64,000 nt of DNA from Candidatus Saccharimonadota bacterium (GTDB lineage: Bacteria; Patescibacteriota; Saccharimonadia; Saccharimonadales; JACDBH01): assembly GCA_013694995.1 (NCBI GenBank), contig JACDBH010000006.1, positions 21,435 through 85,434 on the forward strand, given 5' to 3'. The position numbers and the translations under genes are program-made. Below are positions 34,667-41,839 of this stretch, piece after piece (position 1 is the first letter of the stretch; the number at the start of each line of letters is the position of its first letter). The notes beneath the pieces were generated by a model. The model did not search any database. It had not been told where the DNA came from and was given only the letters and a program-made list of their open reading frames with translations.

Positions 34667-34975
34667 TTAGAAAATGCTACGTAGCAAGTTTGCGATTGGA
34701 TTGCCCCTAGCTTTGCCTTGGCTTGCAATGAAGCTTACACAATCACCTTGATTCTTGAAGGTTGGGTTATTAAATGTCTTCCAACCATCCTTTTTACACT
34801 GATCTTTGTTAGTGGGAGTAGTAAGCGATTCCTGTAGTTCAAAATCGAATGTTGTGCTATTGAACGTTACAGAGTCTAGGTAAGTAATATAGCTAGGATT
34901 GTACGTGCCCTGAAATACTCCATACTCTGTCACAACACCTTGGGGTGCTTGCACTTTTGCATCGGTAAGGTTCAC
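34667..34975 (-). CDS. C-terminal part of a secreted protein (possibly split from 34972..35520)
   Basis: GTG start overlapping the upstream stop. Contains the Cys-motif DQCKKDGWKTF...FKNQGDCVSF. Its frame stays open upstream of the GTG to about codon -14. Confidence 0.5.
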   Translation of the reverse strand: MNLTDAKVQAPQGVVTEYGVFQGTYNPSYITYLDSVTFNSTTFDFELQESLTTPTNKDQCKKDGWKTFNNPTFKNQGDCVSFIASQGKARGNPIANLLRSIF

Positions 34976-35520
34976 TGTAGGAGGGCCAGCGATGTTACAT
35001 GTAACGCGCCGAATGGACTAGTACACCAAAGCATACCTGTAGCAACGTCACCGGTTTGCCAAATATTACGCTCCACAGGCGCATTGTTGGGCGATCCATC
35101 GCTCCAATATGGCTCATAAACTAAATATGTACTATCGGATGTAGTTAGATTGCCATCTATATCAATCTTAAGGTAAAAGCTTAATGCCCCAGCGTCCACA
35201 TTTGCTGTTTCTACTTTTGATACATACGACACATTATTTAAAGCCCCTAAAGCAAGTGGGGTAGACAATGCATAGGATAGTGCAGCGTTTGATTCGTTTG
35301 TTTCGTTTGTTGTTAGTCTAGCAGAACCCACTCCCATAGGCGCAGTGGCGTCAGCGACAAAATTTACTACGCCCCCTGCACCGACATCAATTACCCAACC
35401 ATTTGGATTTGTTGGCGTGACAACTGTAGTTGCAGCACTTGCCATTGGCGCGAAGGCCAAAATTGGTAGAGCGAGCAAAGCCGATAAACCAGCTGCCAGC
35501 CTTTTTATTGTTTTTATCAT
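34972..35520 (-). CDS. secreted protein, N-terminal part (signal peptide)
   Basis: Signal peptide MIKTIKRLAAGLSALLALPILAFAPMASA. SD AGGAGA. Ends within the palindromic TTACATGTAA region next to the start of the following ORF. Confidence 0.6.
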   Translation of the reverse strand: MIKTIKRLAAGLSALLALPILAFAPMASAATTVVTPTNPNGWVIDVGAGGVVNFVADATAPMGVGSARLTTNETNESNAALSYALSTPLALGALNNVSYVSKVETANVDAGALSFYLKIDIDGNLTTSDSTYLVYEPYWSDGSPNNAPVERNIWQTGDVATGMLWCTSPFGALHVTSLALLQ

Positions 35521-35840
35521 GCATTCTCCTAATTAATTTTTTGACAAAAAAAATAAACTGCCGGGGTGCGACAGTTTATAGACTACTTACCTACTGTTAC
35601 GTGTACTTGCGATAGGTACAAGAACATAAGCTGGTTTACGTGAAAGGCTAACCATGTATCTTTTCAATAAGTTTCTTAACATAAACCCCCTTATATTCTT
35701 AATAGTCATAACCAGTATAAGTCCGTCCTAAAACCAATACTACCGCCATCACCTTAGTGCGATGTTAATAACACATCAATAACACTTTAGGAGAATTGTC
35801 GAATTTCTTACACAACAACAGCTTTGGGAGAGGTTTGGGG

Positions 35841-36005
35841 TCACAAAGAGCGGCGGTATTTGCGTATAACGATGGCGCCCAAAATGACGGCCAACAGCAA
35901 TATACCAAACACCAACGTAAAGTCCACCGGGTTTTCTTTCTTAAGGGACAGGGTCTCGCCCTCGCTGGTCTGGATTTCGTAACCGGCTGTTTGTTCTTCT
36001 GTCAT
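35841..36005 (-). CDS. possible 54-aa tail-anchored membrane protein
   Basis: Manual translation: MTEEQTAGYEIQTSEGETLSLKKENPVDFTLVFGILLLAVILGAIVIRKYRRSL. The antisense track ORF 35796..36008 looks less protein-like. No clear SD. Confidence 0.4.
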   Translation of the reverse strand: MTEEQTAGYEIQTSEGETLSLKKENPVDFTLVFGILLLAVILGAIVIRKYRRSL

Positions 36006-36034
36006 TAATGTCAGTATACTCGTCTAATTAACAG

Positions 36035-36847
36035 ATGGGTAATACTTATGCTTTAATGGGCACCACCTATAAATTACTTGCTTTCTTAAAAATAGAGGAC
36101 TATGTTGGAATTATGAATAATTATCCCGGGGTAGAACCTGGGAAGTTTCGATCCGCTGCAATCGAGAGCGGAGATCACATAGAACAGCTACCGGAAGCTG
36201 TTTATAATGAATTACTGGAAAATCCCAGGACTGTTTCTCCGGTACGCGAACAACTTGCCGTTTCTATACGAGCTGACGCCGTACGGATAAAAGATCGTCT
36301 TGTAAACTACAATATCCAGCCTAATGCGGTGCTTGTCCTGAGTGAAACCCAAACTGTTACCCGTTCCAAGAAGTTAATAAAGCGTTTAATGGATATACCG
36401 GACGTCGAAATAAAAACTGAAACGGTAAGAGCGTGGGTTGTAAATGCACGAGCTAAGCGCGAAGCAGTACAGACAAATAACTTTTGGGATTATGGGGCTC
36501 TGCCTCAGATAAAAATTAGTCATAACGGCTTAGCAATCGATGAAAATGGACTAATCCATTATTATACGGATAAGCCGCATATAATTAGGCAGGATCAATC
36601 TGCTAATGGAGAACCGAGGCAACAGTATTTTTCTCAGGTACCTGCATCAACATCAGAATTACAAACCCCCTTACGATCACTACAGCTCGCAAGCGATTAC
36701 AATCTTATAGGTCTGCACGCTATTAACTCCTCTATCCCGGATATGTTTTTTCAGCCTGCCTATATGGAATGGCACCGAGATACAGCAAGATTGTTTAACT
36801 CTATCCCGTTAAGCGCTGGGCATACTAGACCTCAAGACGCGGCGTAA
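36035..36847 (+). CDS. hypothetical protein
   Basis: 270-aa ORF (an internal ATG at MNNYPG is possible). No motif recognised. Its 3' end overlaps a convergent gene by 23 nt. Confidence 0.5.
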   Translation: MGNTYALMGTTYKLLAFLKIEDYVGIMNNYPGVEPGKFRSAAIESGDHIEQLPEAVYNELLENPRTVSPVREQLAVSIRADAVRIKDRLVNYNIQPNAVLVLSETQTVTRSKKLIKRLMDIPDVEIKTETVRAWVVNARAKREAVQTNNFWDYGALPQIKISHNGLAIDENGLIHYYTDKPHIIRQDQSANGEPRQQYFSQVPASTSELQTPLRSLQLASDYNLIGLHAINSSIPDMFFQPAYMEWHRDTARLFNSIPLSAGHTRPQDAA

Positions 36848-37319
36848 CACCCGGCTCGTAGACAATAACTGTAACAAACAGGTCGGGATTGTAGTGGTCG
36901 TGCATGTAAAAGACGCCGGTTTGATTAAACTGGACGCGCCAAGCCTCGTCGGCCTCGAAATCGCCAGATTGGTATTCGCCTTCGTGTTGGTGCGATACAT
37001 CGGCGTGGGCTCCGTGGCCATCATCTTCTTGGCCGTGCTTGCCCTCACCCAGTGACATGTTGTGCACCCTGCCATCGGCTGAATTAAACTGGACGAATTC
37101 GCCTAATTTAACACTGATGTTATCGGGCTTTATGCCAGTTTCGGTGAGTGCAAGGCAAACATTGGCATTGCAGTTCTGGTTACTTACTTGCTTGTTCTGG
37201 TTGTTACTTAGCGCTTGGACACCGGCAAATCCAGTGCCAAGGGCCATTAGTGCCACCAGGCCGAAGACTAAAAAACTGTTTTTGCTGGCCTTTTTAACTG
37301 AATCTTTTATACGGCTCAT
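36825..37319 (-). CDS. secreted His-rich cupredoxin-like protein (no Cys ligand)
   Basis: Signal/TM at the N-terminus. Beta-rich. His cluster KHGQEDDGHGAHADVSHQHEGE and YMHDHYNP. Directly follows the cupredoxin gene. Confidence 0.5.
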   Translation of the reverse strand: MSRIKDSVKKASKNSFLVFGLVALMALGTGFAGVQALSNNQNKQVSNQNCNANVCLALTETGIKPDNISVKLGEFVQFNSADGRVHNMSLGEGKHGQEDDGHGAHADVSHQHEGEYQSGDFEADEAWRVQFNQTGVFYMHDHYNPDLFVTVIVYEPGVTPRLEV

Positions 37320-37724
37320 TTATTCGGTAACCTCGACTACGCCCTTCATGTACGGGTGTGGAGAGCAGTTATAGCTGTAGCTACCTACTGTATTGAAGGT
37401 AACACTGTATGTTTCGCCTTTAGCAAGCAGTGGGCCTTCTTTGAAATCGTCTGTGGCATCTTCGGGAGTTACGTTGTGCTTGGCATCATCGTTATTGGTC
37501 CAGGTAACAGTAGTGCCCTTTTTAACTGAAATGTTGGCTTGCTTGAAGGCAAAGTCTTCGATTGATACTGCGTTCGGGGCTGTTGCTGTCTCTGTATCTG
37601 CTGTCTCGCTGCTGTTCATGTTCATTGTGCTCATGTCATCGCTGCCTTTATCTTTTTTGAGAAGACTTGAGATGCCAACCACAGCTATGACAGCGATGAG
37701 TGCAATAATAATAAATTTTTTCAT
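37320..37724 (-). CDS. type-1 copper (plastocyanin/amicyanin-like) cupredoxin, membrane-anchored
   Basis: N-terminal TM. VTWTNNDDAKHNV (His ligand) and YSYNCSPHPYMKG (Cys-x2-His-x2-Met ligands). Confidence 0.8.
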   Translation of the reverse strand: MKKFIIIALIAVIAVVGISSLLKKDKGSDDMSTMNMNSSETADTETATAPNAVSIEDFAFKQANISVKKGTTVTWTNNDDAKHNVTPEDATDDFKEGPLLAKGETYSVTFNTVGSYSYNCSPHPYMKGVVEVTE

Positions 37725-37804
37725 GGTTGCTCCTTTTTTAGTAGATTTATGGTGTGGAGCACCCGCTTATATCGGGTGCTCCACTAATATTTTTTTTAAG
37801 TTAC

Positions 37805-38488
37805 TTAGAACTTTTCTGGGTATTGCTTGACGATAGCACCGGCTAACGTGTCAGCGACCTTGGTTGTAACCTGGGTACGCGTACGCATTTGGGCATCGTA
37901 TGAACCAGCATAGTCACCAGCACCGTGCTTGTCGACTGTTTCTTTAAGCAAACCGACGTGCTCAGTAATCAAAGCTGCAACCGCTTCTTTTGGAAGATTT
38001 GGGTTAGCACCGCTTAGAAAAGCAGAGATGGCTTCAACGTAACCGTTGAGGTTCTCGACAGCCTTGGCCATACCAGCCGTGTTACCAGCTTTTGCAGCGA
38101 CAGTGTAGTCTACAAAGAATCCGATGTGGCTAGCCCAAATTTCTTTGAACTGAGCACCGGCTTCTTCGCCGTAAACACTAGCAACTGCTGCTGACAAATT
38201 GTCAGTGTTGGTGCCAAGTGATGCGGCAGCGGCCGTAAACATTGGCGAGCCATCAAAGCCTGCCCTTGTGGCTGCAGACGCCAAATCAACGTGCTCTGCC
38301 TCTAGGTTGTTAAGGACGGCCCGCAAATCTGCAGGTTTCGTATCTGTTGCTTTTATAGATGACTGCGCAGAGTTTTCCTGGCCATCATCATTATCGTTAC
38401 TGTTCATGGCATAACCGATTCCACCACCGACTAACAAGCCGACGGCAAGAGTAACGGCAGCCATACCGAGTCTGGATTTATTCTCCAT
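37805..38488 (-). CDS. membrane-anchored helical protein, first gene of the cupredoxin operon
   Basis: N-terminal TM, then an Ala-rich helical domain. No motif recognised. SD GGAGGA. Confidence 0.5.
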   Translation of the reverse strand: MENKSRLGMAAVTLAVGLLVGGGIGYAMNSNDNDDGQENSAQSSIKATDTKPADLRAVLNNLEAEHVDLASAATRAGFDGSPMFTAAAASLGTNTDNLSAAVASVYGEEAGAQFKEIWASHIGFFVDYTVAAKAGNTAGMAKAVENLNGYVEAISAFLSGANPNLPKEAVAALITEHVGLLKETVDKHGAGDYAGSYDAQMRTRTQVTTKVADTLAGAIVKQYPEKF

Positions 38489-38522
38489 ACTATTGTCCTC
38501 CTTAGAACTTATTTATAATTGT

Positions 38523-38565
38523 GAGGTTTACTTAATAAAGTAAACTATTAATTAATATAAACCTC
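38523..38565. promoter_or_regulatory. nested palindromes upstream of the cupredoxin operon, candidate operator
   Basis: GAGGTTTA...TAAACCTC (8-bp arms) encloses TTTACTT-AATA-AAGTAAA (7-bp arms). It lies 35-77 nt upstream of the ATG at 38488. Confidence 0.35.
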
Positions 38566-38744
38566 CAGATACTATATGTCAACACTTTTTGCTTTGATGT
38601 CATAATTCTTACAATATGTTAGACGATTATCACCTAATTATAGCTAATTATGTTAGCCTTTATTTGCTACGCCGGACTTATCCTTCTCTGTGGAAAGCCT
38701 AATGACTTACCCGTTAGTCATGCCAACTTTGCTATACTGCTGAC

Positions 38745-39155
38745 ATGAACAGCTATACGCTTTGGGAGAACGATATTTTTATCGTAAGCACCCCCTATAA
38801 CCCACACTTACCTTACCGTGAAGGCATGCATATCGTAGCCGCACCAAAAAGAAAAATGGCTAATGCCTGGACAGATGTAGACCTAGCTGCAGATACTTTT
38901 AGACTGGCGGCTATGGTCTGCAAGTTGATTGAAAAGTTGCAACTTTCTCCGTGGTTTAATCTGCAGGCAAACGGGAACTGGGGATTATTGCCTGGTGCAG
39001 AGCCATTTTTTCACATCCACATTTATAGCAGAAACAAGACGGAGACATGGGCCAAACCCCTGGTCTTGCCCGAAGCACCGCGAACCTACCAAAACGACCC
39101 AATGCCAAAGGCAGACCGCATAATACTCATAGAAGCATTCAAAGCCTTAAAATAA
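38745..39155 (+). CDS. HIT-like (histidine triad superfamily) protein with a degenerate triad
   Basis: FFHIHIYSR resembles HxHxHxx with the last His replaced by Tyr. 136 aa. TATACT lies 6 nt upstream of the ATG. Confidence 0.55.
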   Translation: MNSYTLWENDIFIVSTPYNPHLPYREGMHIVAAPKRKMANAWTDVDLAADTFRLAAMVCKLIEKLQLSPWFNLQANGNWGLLPGAEPFFHIHIYSRNKTETWAKPLVLPEAPRTYQNDPMPKADRIILIEAFKALK

Positions 39156-39160
39156 GATGC

Positions 39161-39613
39161 CTACCCCTCCCGGCGGAAGAGAAACTCTAGCCAAGCGTTG
39201 AAGTTGCGCTCGTACCACGGGCCGGTGTCCTCGAGACCGGTACTTTGGCCTCTGACCTCCGGAAGCTCAACGTCGACAGTATGTGACATAGCAACGGTTT
39301 TGGGTACAATTAAAAGCTTTTCGCCAGGGCTAGCCTTATTGTATTGGCGGCGCACCACCAGCTCGATATATTGGTCGGTCTCTAAGTAAAGGTTTTTGAG
39401 CGCTAAGTTAGAATTCTCCAGCTGACGGACCTGATTGCGCTGTTGCATGGCCGACATCTGCTTTTGCAGGTCATAATTAGTCTGGACCACCTTAATGCCA
39501 CTCCAGGTAACTAGCAGCGCCATAATCGTAAATACAATCAGACCCAAAGTACGGACGTCAGTGAGGGTGTAATACAGGGAAGATTGTTGTAGTTTTTTTA
39601 TTTTTGATAACAT
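39161..39613 (-). CDS. septum formation initiator family protein (FtsB/DivIC-like)
   Basis: N-terminal TM, a coiled coil (NYDLQKQMSAMQQRNQVRQLENSNLALKN), then TDQYIELVVRRQYNKASPGEKLLIV, typical of DivIC/FtsB. Confidence 0.65.
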   Translation of the reverse strand: MLSKIKKLQQSSLYYTLTDVRTLGLIVFTIMALLVTWSGIKVVQTNYDLQKQMSAMQQRNQVRQLENSNLALKNLYLETDQYIELVVRRQYNKASPGEKLLIVPKTVAMSHTVDVELPEVRGQSTGLEDTGPWYERNFNAWLEFLFRREG

Positions 39614-39628
39614 TTTGTAATGCTAGTA

Positions 39629-39643
39629 TAGCAAACTTTGCTA
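39629..39643. promoter_or_regulatory. perfect palindrome in the ftsB-like/wbl divergent region
   Basis: TAGCAAA-C-TTTGCTA, flanked by GTATAG direct repeats (39626-39631, 39648-39653). Confidence 0.3.
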
Positions 39644-39705
39644 CTCTGTATAGTAAGAGTAAGTGGAGGAGTCTTAATATTTATTTAATCGGAGATTTGT
39701 AATTA

Positions 39706-40182
39706 ATGGGAATTAGAGCAACCAGCGGCCACGAATTTGGTGAACCCACCCCGCATGTAATGCGCGCGGCGGCATTTGCGCAGATAAACCAGTTTGTCCT
39801 AAATTCGGGACGCAAAGAGCAAGTTACTGAGATAATCCCGCTCGAAACCGAGCCAGAAATTGATATTGACCGACCCCCTATTAATACCGCATCGTCAACG
39901 GCACTACCGCCACTCAATTGGGACTCTGAAGCAATACAAAAACTGCGTAACTGTATTGATAAGCCACGTGGGCTATTTTTCCCCGAACCTGGCCCTAACC
40001 TCAAGGATCGTCAAAAGCTGGCTAAAGCCATCTGCGCGGAGTGTATCATTAACGACCTTTGCCTTGATGAAGCCCTGAAGAACAGTCAAAATGTTGGCAT
40101 TTGGGGCGGTACAACAAAAGGCGAACGCAAAAAGATTATCAATGCTCGCAGCCAAGCCGCCCAGGAAACTGAGGTGGCATGA
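39706..40182 (+). CDS. WhiB-like (Wbl) Fe-S transcription factor paralog 1, long N-terminal extension
   Basis: Four Cys: RNC...AKAICAECIINDLCLDEAL...VGIWGGTTKGERKKI (C-x2-C-x5-C, GIWGG turn, basic tail). SD GGAG upstream. Confidence 0.8.
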   Translation: MGIRATSGHEFGEPTPHVMRAAAFAQINQFVLNSGRKEQVTEIIPLETEPEIDIDRPPINTASSTALPPLNWDSEAIQKLRNCIDKPRGLFFPEPGPNLKDRQKLAKAICAECIINDLCLDEALKNSQNVGIWGGTTKGERKKIINARSQAAQETEVA

Positions 40183-40198
40183 ATATTAGGTATATCAA

Positions 40199-40711
40199 AT
40201 GAGCATTGAGACAGTGAACGATTGGCAGAGCAAGGAACCGACTGCTGAGGAGCTTCAACAAGTCGAATTACAAGCAATACTCGAAGCCAGGATAAAACAA
40301 ATGGATCCCGGAGACTTGAGGTATTGGCACAGCGCAATTTTGGATAGAGATTTCGAGGCAGACATTGAATTTGAAACTGAGGATCGTGTTAAGGAAGCCG
40401 CTGTATATTCAGATAATCCAATACCTACTGGAAAAACCACTGACTCCTACTGGAGGAGTAAGGGTTCTTGCCTAGGAGCAAACCTAAAATTATTTTATCC
40501 CGATAAAACCGGCAGATACGCTAGAGCAAATAACTACAACATAGTGTTACAAGCAAAAGCAATCTGCGAGACATGCGTGGTTCGTGTTGAATGCCTGGAA
40601 AATGCGCTAGAAAACAACGAGCAGTACGGCATATGGGGCGGGAAGACTGAAGATGAGCGTGACGAGCTTCTTAGGCGACAAGGTCATTCTGAACGAAACG
40701 TAAGTGCATAA
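40199..40711 (+). CDS. WhiB-like (Wbl) paralog 2
   Basis: GSCLG...AKAICETCVVRVECLENALENNEQYGIWGGKTEDERDELLRRQ. The ~100-aa acidic N-terminal extension is unrelated to that of paralog 1. Confidence 0.8.
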   Translation: MSIETVNDWQSKEPTAEELQQVELQAILEARIKQMDPGDLRYWHSAILDRDFEADIEFETEDRVKEAAVYSDNPIPTGKTTDSYWRSKGSCLGANLKLFYPDKTGRYARANNYNIVLQAKAICETCVVRVECLENALENNEQYGIWGGKTEDERDELLRRQGHSERNVSA

Positions 40712-40730
40712 ATAGGTATAATATGGCTTA

Positions 40731-41120
40731 ATGAGCCCAAACCGGATCCCAAGAGGTGATTATTACCTAGAAACCAACCCAAATGGCGAAATAAAGCCCG
40801 ATAGTTCTCAGGTGTCGATAGGCAACAGCGACAGGCGTTTAGGAGAATTTGCTTTAGGGTTAGGGCTTTGGGCTTTCGAGGAGTGGCGGGCTTATGCGGC
40901 CTGCGCGGGGCTGAATCCTGATATATTTTTCCCTACGACAGATTATGACATAGAAGTAGCAAAAGCAATTTGTGCCGACTGTGGCGTTAGTCAAGAGTGC
41001 CTCAACTATTCCCAAGAACGCCCAGAGGTATACGGCATATGGGGGGGTAAAAATAAAGCTGAACGTCGGGCCTTACGGCACAGAGAGTCCGGCCATCCAC
41101 CTGAGAAATTGGTTGTATAA
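40731..41120 (+). CDS. WhiB-like (Wbl) paralog 3
   Basis: AACAGLNPDIFFP...AKAICADCGVSQECLNYSQERPEVYGIWGGKNKAERRAL. TATAAT (40717-40722) lies 8 nt before the ATG. Confidence 0.8.
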   Translation: MSPNRIPRGDYYLETNPNGEIKPDSSQVSIGNSDRRLGEFALGLGLWAFEEWRAYAACAGLNPDIFFPTTDYDIEVAKAICADCGVSQECLNYSQERPEVYGIWGGKNKAERRALRHRESGHPPEKLVV

Positions 41121-41129
41121 TATATCCTA

Positions 41130-41453
41130 ATGAGGAAAGAAACCCCATCTTCAATCGAAGCAGATCCGCCGCTTCATCCAGCCCAGGCAGCAGAACTTGC
41201 AAATGCCAGAGAGGCCTTTGAACTAAATAAAACTGATGAGTTGTGGAAGGAATTTGGATACTGCGCAGGCAAGCAAAAAGAGTTTATGAAAAACAGTATA
41301 GCCGCAACAGCTATGTGCGATGTCTGTTTGGTCAAAGTTGAATGTCTGGAATTCGCAATTGAGAATAATCAGAATTTTTATATTTGGGGCGGCAAAACAC
41401 CTTCAGAACGCAAACGCCTGATCAAACGGCGTAACCAGGCCCCCAAGAAGTAA
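41130..41453 (+). CDS. WhiB-like (Wbl) paralog 4
   Basis: GYCAG...ATAMCDVCLVKVECLEFAIENNQNFYIWGGKTPSERKRLIKRR. TATAAT (41116-41121) lies 8 nt before the ATG. Confidence 0.8.
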   Translation: MRKETPSSIEADPPLHPAQAAELANAREAFELNKTDELWKEFGYCAGKQKEFMKNSIAATAMCDVCLVKVECLEFAIENNQNFYIWGGKTPSERKRLIKRRNQAPKK

Positions 41454-41589
41454 ACTTCTGTCCATACCAGACCTAATCTGCTATAATTTCCCTGTTAAAA
41501 ACAGCTTTTAGCCAAAATACCAAACCAGTTCGCTTGTCGAATGTTTTTGGATTTTGAGAGGAGATGGCTTGTAGGGTCTGTAGTTTTAA

Positions 41590-41706
41590 CAATCGGCTAA
41601 ACCAAGAACTTGTTCTGTTTAGACGATTGAAAGGAGCAACCGACCAAAAAGTGAAGTTTTGGAACAAACTTGTTACAAAACAAGCTAAAAGGTCGGGTTG
41701 CGACGA
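41590..41706 (+). repeat. 117-nt conserved tRNA-upstream leader element, copy B
   Basis: About 95% identical to 1152..1268 and ends exactly at the tRNA 5' end. The track ORF 41473..41667 (minus) lies within it and is rejected. Confidence 0.85.
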
Positions 41707-41782
41707 GGGGGCGTAGCTCAGTGGTTAGAGCAGAGGACTCATAATCCTTTGGCCGTTGGTTCAAGTCCAACCGCCCCCACCA
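41707..41782 (+). tRNA. tRNA with CAT anticodon, probably tRNA-Ile2 (lysidine-modified), CCA encoded
   Basis: GGGGGCG/TAGCTCAGTGGTTAGAGCA/GAGGA-CTCATAA-TCCTT/TGGCC/GTTGGTTCAAGTCCAAC/CGCCCCC-ACCA. The D arm, anticodon loop, variable loop and T arm closely resemble E. coli ileX. The Ile2-versus-Met assignment is inferred only. Confidence 0.8.
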
Positions 41783-41839
41783 AGCATAAGCACAATGGCT
41801 TCAGAGACTGGAGTCATTTAATTTTGTTATAGTTAGCAT

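Noticed and set aside
33768-34728. Track ORFs 33768..33968(-), 33839..34057(+), 34102..34320(-), 34407..34622(+), 34522..34728(-)
   Set aside because: They overlap each other on both strands and are rich in Cys, Trp, Arg and other unusual residues. They lack SDs and are threaded through strong hairpins, so I treat the region as non-coding or structured.
41473-41667. 64-aa minus-strand ORF, plus a 13-codon GTG ORF inside the tRNA leader repeat
   Set aside because: The 64-aa ORF is not preserved in copy A. In the 13-codon ORF the stop codon is mutated in copy B, where the frame runs on to 21 codons. The conservation pattern fits RNA or DNA function, not coding.
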